Assembly (NCBI GenBank): GCA_965178125.1
Contig: OZ237745.1
Span: forward strand, 1 to 64,000
Length of the DNA stretch: 64,000 nucleotides
Direction of reading: 5' to 3'
Source: Bilabrum cf. latius
Taxonomy: Eukaryota
Shown here: positions 51,801 to 62,019 of the stretch, one piece after another
Position numbering within the stretch: the stretch's first letter is position 1
Layout: each line of letters opens with the position of its first letter
Translations under genes and position numbers: made by a program
Notes under the pieces: generated by a model
What the model was told of the DNA's origin: nothing
The model's database searches: none
The model's input: the letters and a program-made list of their open reading frames with translations, nothing else

Positions 51801-51873
51801 GACTTCCCATATCGGGATCTTGCCCAGGTGGTTGCACATCGCTATACCCAGACATATCGCTCTAGTAGGCCAT
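48838..51873 (-). CDS. PH + two filamin/Ig-like repeats + coiled-coil + degenerate EF-hand-like protein, ~1,010 aa
   Basis: PH-like VLRKE..RRWEER..DVWV*AINMV; filamin-like YLGNGSF..YTP..GEY..IQGSPFLVTV and DLGDGTYEVKY; C-terminal SLQQFARMMKDF..FIEAMSRMA. 7 TAGs; TGA. Confidence 0.8.
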
Positions 51874-52171
51874 TGTTGTATCTATGCTGAAGCCAAATAC
51901 CTGCACAGCAAGTTAGCTCTTGTCGGCAAGCGTGTGTGCTTGGCTATCAGTTTTCTGTCCCTATTCCTTCCTAAACGAGAGCAGAGAACTATCGTTGAAT
52001 TAACCCCGTAGTTGACAGGGATGTCGATGTCGATGGCTAGGTTGGATGCTGCTGTTTTGCGCAACACTCTGAGAGTCGCGCCAGAATTTCCGTTCAGATT
52101 AAATCAGCACCTTACAAAATATGGCCGTGAAAGCGTTCAAATTGGGCTGCGTAGCATCATTGAGCCAAAAA

Positions 52172-53022
52172 ATGGCAGATCTATGGAAGTACATTCCTTT
52201 TATTGGATCATAGGAAGAGGATGAACTGAAAGATGTGCCAAAGGTAGATGTGAATGACCCGGCAGCATCAAAGCGAGCTATTGACGAGGCTATTGTCGCA
52301 GTGAGGTGCCCATTTCCCGCTTGCAGGTAAACAAATATCGCTTTTTCATTAAGTTGCTGCGGGAACGATCTATCTGATTTGGCACCAATGGCTTGTCTGC
52401 GTGGGTGAATGCGATGGATATCTGTGAATCTCGACAGTCACCGCAGATCATGACCAACGCATTTGGCCTCAAGGAAAACCACACGGTATTCTATGGTAGA
52501 TTAGCAATTATGGGCGCTGCAACGGTATGCGGCTTGGCTGGGCAATTTTGGCCGGATGCAACGTGGCAGCCGATGGCACCGGTGACTGACAATAGCGTGC
52601 GCTTCGCTGTCATCTGTTGTGTTGCAGCTTATTATGTCGTTTCTGGACTATTGCAGCTATATGCTTGGTTTGTGGAAGGCAATTTGATCGCTGATTTCGG
52701 CCAGCTTGATGTACCGGCGGTGGCGGCCGGCGAGCACTCGGTTGTAGTGCCTGCCGTTCGCGTAGACAGCGCTTGGAAGGACAGGCTAGATCCAGAGCTG
52801 CAGATTGCAGTGAAGTGGCTCGGTACAGGTAGTAAGGATGGCAGAGGTCCGCAGTCTAGGGAGTGGAAGGGTCACTACTCTCAGTTCCTGACCAAGGACG
52901 GCATCGTCGTGGTCTCGGCCCTGCGAGGCACCCTGGAGACTCTCTTCGAGGACGTGCCGGGAATGGAAGAGGCAGCCAAGGCGGTGGAGGATGGGCGTAT
53001 CGAAATCGAGCAGGATGATTGA
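52172..53022 (+). CDS. SPCS2: Signal peptidase complex subunit 2; intron 52301-52446
   Basis: KVDVND..KRAIDEA|..KENH..GRL, two TM segments, CVAAYYVVSGLLQLY..EGN and FLTKDG. One TAG; TGA. Confidence 0.8.
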
Positions 53023-53193
53023 TTGGGTGATTGATTGACGGCGAAGGCAGTACCTGCACGACTGGCACAATGTGGAATAATAGCTCAGCATGGTAGTGGC
53101 ACGGCATGGCATGGCATGGCATGTCCTGCAAATCGAACCAGCCAGAATCACCGACCCAAGCTCGCTCCCCGACCCAAGCTCGCTCCTCGTTGC

Positions 53194-55681
53194 TCACGCC
53201 TGCACGTCCATCGTCCCCTTGATTCGGATGTCACCCGAGGATGCTCCCACGAGCACCCCGAACGAGCCCCCGATGAGCTTCCACTGGCCCGCACCAGTGT
53301 CCCAGATGCTGCAGTCGCGGGCCGCGATGCTCACGGTCACCGTGGTGGACTCGCCCGCTCCCAGGTACACCTTGTCGAATCCACGCATGACCTTGGGCGG
53401 CTCGCCAGCAGACGAGGGGAAGGCCAGGTACACCTGGGGGGCGTCCCCCCCTGCACGCGACCCCGTGTTGGAGACATCGAAGCTGATCTGCGCCGTGCCG
53501 CTGGCCGACACCTGCCCCTTCACCTCGAGCTTCGAGTAGGAGAAGGTCGTGTAGGACAGGCCGTGTCCGAACGGGAACAGGGGCTTGATGTTCTTCGCAT
53601 CGAACCAGCGGTACCCCATCTCCAGCTCCTCGGTGTACACCTGCTGGATGGCCTGGTTCCCTGGGTACTGCGCAGTAGACTGGATCCACGTGTCCGTCTC
53701 CTTGACCGGAAAGGACAGCGGCAGGCGAGCCCCTCCGTTCACGTCCCCGAACAGCACGTCGGCCAGTGCGTTGCCCGCCTCCTGCCCGGGCATGAAGCTG
53801 GCGATGATGTTCTTGGCATCGTCGGCCCAGGGCATGAGCACCGCCCCCGGGGACCGCACCACCACCACGGTCTTGGCGGCGGCCGACTGCAGCACCATCT
53901 GCACCAGGGCGTCCTGTCCACCGGGCAGGGAGAGGTTCGGCCTGTCTGAACCCTCCGAGGACGTCACTGCCACCACCACCACGGCCACGTCAGCGGCTGC
54001 TGCGGCTGCAGCTGCGGCTGACGGGTCCTTCCCGTCGTAGTAGGTCACGTTCACTGCCTCGTCGTAGGGTGCGCACGTGCCGCTGGTGAGGCCCTGGTGG
54101 GCCTGCCTGCCGCTGTTGTCGGGCTTGATCCAGCACGTGGAGGGCGGCTGGAAGGTGAAGGCGTTGCAGTCCGGGCGGGCCGTGCACTGGGCGCAGCAGT
54201 CCGCGGGCCCCGTCGACTGCACGGAGGGATTGCCCGGCTGGAAGAAGTCCGTGTTGTTCACAAAGGTGCAGTTCAGAGGGCGGGGGCCGTTGGCGCGCGC
54301 CGCAATTCCGTCCGCTGGTGTGACGATGTAAGGTGTGCGCACCCCCCCGGACCCCCCGCCGTGCACAGAGTTCTGGTCCCCGATGACGGCGATGGACTTG
54401 ATGCCCTGGGCCTTGACGTCCAGCGGCAACAGGGAGGAATCCACCTTGAGAAGCACGTGCGAGTTGGCGCTGAGGTTCCTGGCGAGCTGGCTGTGCTCCT
54501 TTGACATCACGTTGGAGCTCAGGTTGCCGGTGGGCACGTCCGTGAACAGGTTGTACACGAGCATGGGGGTCAGGATCCGCTCGATCATGTCGTCCAAGCG
54601 GCTCTCGGGCACCTGCCCAGACTGCACCGCGCTCTTCAGCTTGTCTCCGAAGAAAGAATCGTCAGGCATCTGCTGGTCGAGGCCGTTGATCGCGGCCTGC
54701 ACCGTGCTGTGCGTGGCGCCCCAGTCGCTCTGCACATAGCCCTCGAAGCCGAGGCCACCGCTCGACTCGGGCGTCTTGAGGTGGGGCAGGGTGATGTTGT
54801 TCTCGCACGCGTACTCGCCCGTGACCATCTAGAAGGGCTGCTCTTTCTGCACGGACACGCGGTTGTACGAGCACATCACCACGCCGGACCCGGCGTCTAT
54901 GCCGCCGCGGAAAGCCCAGTAGTACAGCTCGTGCATGGCGCGCTCAGAGACGATCTCGGTGACCTGGTGCCGCTGGAACTCCCCGTTATTCGCCACCCAG
55001 TGCTTGGTGCACGCGAGGATGTTGTTGCTCTGGATGCCCTCCACTTCGGCGTACATCATGCCGTAGCAAAGCACGGGGTCCTCGCCGCAGCTCTCGAAGG
55101 ACCTGCCGTCCTGTGGGACCCGGGCCATGTTCACCATGGGACCCAGCCTGCGCAAAGCACGGATACAGACAAACAAAGAAACAATGCAAATTTCAAATTA
55201 CTTTCGTATACAAATAACTTGAAGCACACCATGACACCACTTGCGTTTTAGACATCACTGACGCAACGGACCTAACTTACATCACATTCGTGCCTTTCCC
55301 ACGCTGCTCCTTGCCCATGGCCTGGCCGTAGGTTTTCATCATTTCAGGATCAAACGTGGACACCACCGTCATGGCGCTCGGCCAGGCCGTGACATCAGAA
55401 ACGCCGTCCGCGACGCCTTGTGGCCCGTCCTCATAGCTCAGTCGGGGGATATTTAGGCGAGAAATGGGCGGAACACCACCGACATAGCCATCATAGCCCT
55501 TCAGCGCATCTGATTCTTCGTCCTATTGCTATGGCCAGCCGTGAACAAGCTGGATTTTCTCGTCGACAGTCATCTCGGCAAGTAGATCTTTCGCTTTTTG
55601 CTTCGCACTAGCGGGCCATGACGATCCAGCGAAAGCAGAAGCAGCAAGAATAGCAGGGATGATAGCAAGGATGGATTTCAT
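53194..55681 (-). CDS. Secreted GH3 beta-glucosidase with an inserted PAN/Apple-like module and C-terminal Fn3-like domain; intron 55148-55280
   Basis: Signal peptide, MTVDEKI, DGPQGV, GRSFESCGEDP, KHW, MCSYNRV, VQSDWGATHST, PGQEAGNALADVLFG and PLFPFGHGLSYTTF. TAG at 55529, 55523 and 54829; TGA. Confidence 0.95.
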
Positions 55682-55923
55682 CTCGAGCAATGTCTGTGTG
55701 TGTCGTACAAGCAAAGGAGTACTTCCCAGCTGCGCGTCATCACGGTCGAACTCCGGTTGGCGTGGTTCGTACTGCAACTGCACCGGAGCTCTGTGGCTTC
55801 AGGATACTTCGATTTAATCAGGCCGATGAATGATTGAGCTTATAGTAAAGTCTTTACACTGGCGTAAGCAAACGCATGGGTCGGTGCAATTCACCCACCC
55901 CATTCCATCCCTGTGCCGCGGAA

Positions 55924-56782
55924 TCAGGCATGTGTGAGATCGTCGTCGAAGTACAAGTGGATGGTCGGCAGGTGATCTGGAGCCTCCGGATCCATCCCAA
56001 GCGCCGCCATTTCCTCTGCGTCATCCTCTAGCCCGTTCCCGTGCAGGGTCTTGGAGAGGTCCAGTGGCCTGAACTCGAGCCTGTCCTCCGAGGGGGCGCC
56101 CGAAGCGGCGTCCCCTGCGCGACCCGGCGCACCCCCTTGCCTCGATTCATCGGGGACAGGGAGCAGCGCCTTCCACGTGTAGCTCTTGGCGTGCGCGTTC
56201 CACTCCACGAACCTGTCCCTGAGCGCACCGACTGTCTCCTCGCTCGCACTCTCCACGATGTGCCTGTCCCCTGTCAACGTGTTCACGATCAGTATCTTGC
56301 GCGTGCGGCGACTCACCCTTCCCACGACCCTAGATTCGTCTTTCCACCACGGCTGTCCGAAGTCAGTCCGCCACGAGCTGAGCGGCAGCGTCGGCGGCAC
56401 GTGCACGAACCTTCCCTCCGGCAAGTAGTACCCGGGCAGGGCCGTAGCCGGGTCCACGCGAGACCTTAAATCCTTAGTATCGGTGTCGAACCAATGAGAA
56501 ACGTCGTCTCCGGCCCTTGCTAGCATGGGCTCAGCGAGGGACCCTGCAGATTCACCAACAAGGTCAGTCACGTTCACAACCCTGCCAAACAGGACGAGCC
56601 AACAGTCCTGCGATCATTGACATTGGAAGACACTTATTGTAGCACGGATTCCGCGCCGATCGATAGCCGATTCACGCCACCATTTTGAGGAACCTCACGT
56701 TTTGCTGATTGTGCTGGGCTACTTCCTCGAACGTATAGAACCTGCTAGCTGCATCTCCACCACTAGGGTCAGCAGAAGCCAT
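55924..56782 (-). CDS. CYB5D1: Cytochrome b5 domain-containing protein 1 (flagellar); intron 56608-56698
   Basis: RFYTFEEVAQHNQQN|DCWL, AGDDVSHWFD, PEGRFVHVPP, PWWKD, WNAHAKSYTWK and PTIHLYFDDDLT; TGA. Confidence 0.9.
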
Positions 56783-56946
56783 AACAGATTAAATTTACTA
56801 ACCAGACGTATCCCGAAAGTTGCGGCAAGCAGCTGGAACCGTGTAATTCTAAAGAAGCTCCTGTCCGTTGTGCAAGGTTGCAACCGGCGGAACCCACGGC
56901 CACTGGCATCATCATTTGCTCGCACTATCGTTGGCTTCGTGCGACT

Positions 56947-57279
56947 ATGGCTGCATCAGTTAGTGTAGAAATGGTTGTGGCAGGGGACGGGGCTCGATAT
57001 CCCGCGGAATCGAACGTTGTGCACATTCATTACGTTGCGGCACGTGAAGATGGCGAATCGTTTGATAGCACCCGTGACCGTGGCAGGCCATTCAGTTTTC
57101 GAATAGGGGAGGAGCAAGTGATTACAGGCCTGGAAGAAGCGGTCAAGCAGATGTCTCTTGGCGAGCGCGTATCAGCAACCATTCCTGCGTCTCTAGCGTA
57201 CGGCTCTCGCGGCTTTCCAGGAAAGGTTCCGCCGAATATGGGTCTAGTATTTGACATAGAGCTTTTGTCAATCCAGTAA
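56947..57279 (+). CDS. FKBP12: FKBP12-type peptidyl-prolyl isomerase, 110 aa
   Basis: VHIHY..FDSTRDRGRPFSF.IG..QVITGLEE..MSLGER..LAYG.RG.PG.VPPN..LVFDIELLSIQ, then TAA at the expected family C-terminus. Confidence 0.95.
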   Translation: MAASVSVEMVVAGDGARYPAESNVVHIHYVAAREDGESFDSTRDRGRPFSFRIGEEQVITGLEEAVKQMSLGERVSATIPASLAYGSRGFPGKVPPNMGLVFDIELLSIQ

Positions 57280-58052
57280 AGTAAATTGGGAGTCAAACTC
57301 ATCAAGGCTCTCGGCCGAGGCTGTTGCGTAGACATTATGGCAACTTGAAGGTCCGTCCGTACCTTTCTCTGCAGAGCCGAGAGCCTGTTGTGTGTGGGGT
57401 GAGGTGTGGGGGGGGCGGAGTGGTGAGAGCGCCGCGAGGTCGTTCAGGTGCACCACTCTAGGTTCATCGTGATGGAAATCTGATGCTCAATGTTGTATCA
57501 CATGCGCACTTGTACGCAAAGGATACAAAGGGAATTCCCTGTAACGTGCGGTTCAAGCTGTGCTAGGGCTACCGCCGGCGAGGTGTGATGCACTACAAAC
57601 AGGGGAAGCTCTGGGAATGTGCGTCGGTGCGATGCAGTTGCCGGGCTTCATTTTGCGACGTGGGGGGGGGCATTCAGCTAGATATGTATACTAGTAGACA
57701 CTGGGTACGGGATTGGTGGGTAATCTGCGAAGTCTGCCTCAGGTCTGCAAGTCATGCACTACACCGTATGCAAGGGCCTTTATAGGATCCGAAACATAGC
57801 ATGGACGTGAGAGGATGCAAGCTGCAGGTAATTTTCGCTCACTTGCTGGCCAGCACTCGTCCAGTCACCCACCAGCAGCGCGGCGGTGCTGGAGCAAACG
57901 GAAAGATGAAGATCAATCTAGGCGGTAGAATCGCCCAAAACGGAAGGTGTGTTTGTATCGAACGATTCACCGGGTGGCTTTCTAAATAAAATCATATTAT
58001 TGCGACTGAATCAACCAGCCGTACACACGAATCACAGTCATTTCGGCATCTA

Positions 58053-60764
58053 ATGTCCGAATACCCAGGTGATGCTGACGCTTGGGGCGAAGACACAGAG
58101 CAACCGAGCAGTACAGCAGGAGTTGGTATCGCGGGTGCTTCTCTAGGACGCGTTTCTCTTCAGCTTGGAGCACCAACCAGGTTGGGTGCGCGTGGGCAGC
58201 TTGGTATGGGAGACCGGCCTCCAAGGTCTGGCCCGCCGCCGGACGATTTTTCTGCGCCGCCGCCGCAGGTAGACAGCAGTCGCTACGGTTCACGATCAAG
58301 CGAATAGTTGCTGTCTTAGAGGGCTGCGCGGCCGCTGTACGGCTCGGCTCCCCCAGTGGATGCGGCGGCGCAATACTCGAGTGTCGGGCGAGACGTTGCT
58401 GCAAGCGGAGCCGGGGCTGGCATTCCAGCAGCTCCTCCCCAGGCTCCTGAAGTGAGCTTAAGTTAGACAGGATCGTTCATGGTGGGCGGCTTGCGAATTC
58501 CTCGAACTGGTATGGTGAACGAGAAGAAGCGCGCCCAGGTCGGCACAGCAACTGCCACTCGATCCGCTGGCCTGGCAGCCATGGCGCGACAGGCAGCGGC
58601 ATCTAGCGCAGCTAGCAAAGGACCAAGGAGTGTTGGTATTGACCCAGCCGACACGAGCGCCGCAGCAGCAGCTGCAGCCGCAGCCGACCCCGGGGTGGTG
58701 CTCGAGGACGAGGAGGACGACGGAGCCATGGCCCGCACGCAGCTCCCCTTCGCGGCGGTGGCGCAGGCCGCCGAGGGGGCGAGGGAACAAAAGCGATTCG
58801 ACTTCAGGAGAGAGGCGGTGCGCATCGACCTGCTGGGCCAGGGGGCGAGCGCCACCGTGTTCCGCATGGTGCACGTGCCCTCGCTCACCGTGGTGGCCGC
58901 CAAGATGGTGCCCGTCTTTAACGCCGAGAAGAGGCACGCGCTGGCCGAGGAACTCAAGGCGCTGTATGCAAATGCGACGCCCTTCGAGCGATCGGCCAGC
59001 ACGCGGGTGCAGCGGGCCGCCCTCCGCGAGATGGCAGCCCAGGCCCAGGCCCAGTTGGCAGGGGCTGGTGCAGGCAGCTCTGCCGGCTCGTTGCCTCCCT
59101 CGCCTGCACACGGGGACAGGGACCAGGAAGCAGCCGAGGCGGCAGAAGCGGCACTGTCGGCCTCCATCGCAGCGACTGAGGCGGCCTCTCGCTCCCTCTC
59201 CACGCAGCAGCTCAAGGACCACGCGAGGAGGGCGGCGGGGAGGGGGTGCGCGGGGGCTGCGGGGGAGGCGGGGGTCGCTGCTTCTTCCTCCGCTACCACT
59301 GGGTCTGTCTCTCCCTCGCTGTCGCTAACTGCCTCCATGGCAACGCAGGCGGCCGCGGGGTCTCCGTGCCCGTACGTGGTCTCCTTCTTCGATGCATTCG
59401 CGGATAGCGAGAGCGGGACTGTGACCATGGTGCTGGAGTACATGAACGCTGGCTCGCTCGAGGAGCTGTGCGTCCCCGGGGCTTGTCCTGGAGACGCAGT
59501 GCTGCAGTCGGTGACGTGGCAGGCGCTCATGGGCCTGGCCTGGCTGCACGGAAACAGGCGGGTGCACCGAGACATCAAGCCGTCGAACATTCTGCTGAAC
59601 CAGGACGGCGACGTGAAGATCGCTGACTTCGGCGTGGCCAAGGAGTTCGAGGAGGTGGCGGGGAGGAGGAAACAGGAGGCGGGCGAAGCGAAGGGGAAGG
59701 GGGCCGCGGGGACTGGCTTGGACTCGGAGGGCATGCGAATGGGGGAAGGGGGGGAAGGCGAAGATGAAGAGTACGGCATGGGCAGCGGGGGTGCGTCAGA
59801 TCCCATGTCGCAGACCTGGGTGGGCACGATGAACTTCATGTCCCCGGAGCGGGCAGTGGGGAAGCCCTACTCGTACAACACGGACATCTGGTCCCTGGGC
59901 CTCAGCGTGCTCGCTTTCGCGCAGGGCAAGCTGCCTTACTCGGATGTCCGGGGGTACTTCGATCTGCTAGAGGCACACGCCGAGAGGCCGCCCCCGGCAT
60001 TGGACGCGTCCGACTCCAGGTTTGGCCCGGATGCCCGTGACTTCATCGCGCAGTGCCTCAAAAAGGACCCCGAGGAGAGGCCCTCGGCGGCCGCCTTGCT
60101 GCAGCACCCGTTCCTGCAGGGGGCTGGCGAGCGGGTGCTGGCCCTCAAAGCAGCCAGGGCACAGGCAATCGTGGATGGCACCCTGCCGCCGCCACCCGCC
60201 AGCGAGTCGGCCCGCTCGCAGGTGAACGAGGTGGTGGACAAGGTACAGAGGTACAGATACAAGGCTGCCTACTAGGCCAAAGTGCCCGGGGGGGTGAAGC
60301 AGTACCGCGGCTCGCGCATCCGGTGGCTCGCCAGGCAGCTGAACGTGTCGGAGGGGCTGGTGCAGCGCAGGCTGGAGCGCACGCTCAAGAAGCTCAACGC
60401 TCAGCTGGAGGCCAAGTTCGGAGGACGGGGCGCCTCTTTGGGTGCAGGGGCAGGGGGGAGTGTGCGAGGTCTAGCAGCGGGGAATTTCCCGATGCCGTCT
60501 GGCGCAGGAAGCGGGGCAGCAGCACGGGCTGGAACTGATGCAGGGGCGGCAGGGGGTCTGCGCGCCGGGGCTGGCATGCAGCGCCCGCAGGTCCACACAG
60601 AGATGACGCACACATGCGAGTCCACGCGGGAGGCGAGCGGTCCCATTGGTCGACCAGGGCGAGGGCCTCCACCCGGTGGTCTGCAGGGCGGGCTAAGTCT
60701 GGATGTGGCGGGGCTGGGCGCGCCTGGCATGTATGGTGGGGGGTCTGAGGGCAGCGTGTTTTGA
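58053..60764 (+). CDS. MAP kinase kinase (STE7 family), ~900 aa, with large insertions
   Basis: SLS*TGSFMVGGLRI, LGQGAS..V..AAK, VVSFFDAF, LEYMNAGSL, HRDIKPSN, KIADFGV, TWVGTMNFMSPER and DIWSLG. TAG at 58305, 58317, 58464 and 60273; TGA. Confidence 0.9.
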
Positions 60765-60852
60765 CCTTGAGTGTGATTTGTAGGCGCAGCAGATTCATCG
60801 CATCCCTGGATTATAGAGTGGCACATTCTCAGCAAGCATGCTAGTAGAGTCT

Positions 60853-61895
60853 TCACTTGCCCTCCCCCTCTCTCTCCCCCTCCCCCTCCTTATTGGCGCT
60901 GAGGGCCCCGAGCCCCTTGCCCACTGCCTCGATGGCCTGGCAGCGCTCCACCCACTTGGGCAGGTTCTTGAAGGCGCTGATCCCGAACATCGTCTCGGCC
61001 ATCTCTGCCCGCTCGGGCTTCAGGGCGCCCGCGACCCATGGCAAGATGGCGCACTCTGCCAGCGAGAAGCTGGACCCGTTCAGCCACTCCGACTCGCCCA
61101 CCCGCTTGTCCAGGATGCCGAGCAGCCGCTTGGACTCGTCCGTGTAGCGCTCGAACGCGTACTCTACCTTTGGCTTCTTGAACATGAAGTGGAATGCCTG
61201 GCCCATCATCGGCCCCAGTCCGCCCATCTGCCAGTGCAGCCACCCGCGCGTCGCGCTGCGGGCGGGCTCCTCCTTGGGCAGCAGCTTGGCGCCGCCCTCG
61301 GGAAACGCCTCGGCAATGTACTCGAGGATCGCGCCGGACTCAAACACGTCGACGTCTTCTCCCTTGGGCCCCGCACCATGATGGCGGATGGCTGGAATAC
61401 GCCCGTTTGGGTTGATCTTCAGGTACCAGTCGGCCTTCTGCGAGTGGGACTCACACCGGGTGTTGGATGGCAATTGGTTCGAAATATTCCACAAGTAACT
61501 CAATCAACTGCAAGTAAGCCGAATCGTTGGAAAGGAGCGCCCGCACGAGTTTACAGACTCAAGGATCGGCTGACACGTCGCCAGCGGAGGGTCGGGGAAA
61601 ATCGTGGTTCCGGTACGGGTACGCCCACTAAAACACAATCTCACCTGCTCATTCTCCTTAAGATTGATCATTTTAAGCTGATACGGGGCTCCAGCAACCT
61701 CAAGTGCCACCGGAATCTGCATATCGGTATGAGAAGCGGTTAAATCCACGGGAGGATCGAGACGTGTAACTCCGCCCTAAGCGCGCTCCATAGCAACGCG
61801 TATTGTCCCACCTTGATCCCGTTGGGGGTCTCCGCTGCGTACAAAGTAAAAGAGCCTTTAGCGGCATCGCCTGATTCTCCTGCAGCACCTGCCAT
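60853..61895 (-). CDS. Glutathione S-transferase, Ure2p/YfcG-like; introns 61717-61811 and 61438-61644
   Basis: TLYAAETPNGIK|IPVALE..NEQ|KADWYLKINPNGRIPAI..FESGAILEY..WLHWQMGGLGPMMGQ..RYTDE; TGA. Confidence 0.92.
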
Positions 61896-62019
61896 TGCTT
61901 CTGTATTATAGCTTGATGTGTATGGCAACTGCACCGTGGCGTTTGCCCGATTATTGATTCCGAGTGTTCTTGCGAGGTTCCGGTTTTCAACCTGCAGATA
62001 GGCCCAGGCCAGGTCGAAC

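Noticed and set aside
53095-53190. (GGCAT)n run and a 19-bp direct duplication between SPCS2 and GH3
   Set aside because: Small slippage repeats in a convergent 3' region, with no evidence of an element or target-site duplication.
57280-58052. tRNA (e.g. a CUA suppressor) or small gene in the longest intergenic gap
   Set aside because: A GGTTCAAG is present, but I could not build a cloverleaf or a supported ORF. I saw no tRNA or rRNA anywhere in the window.
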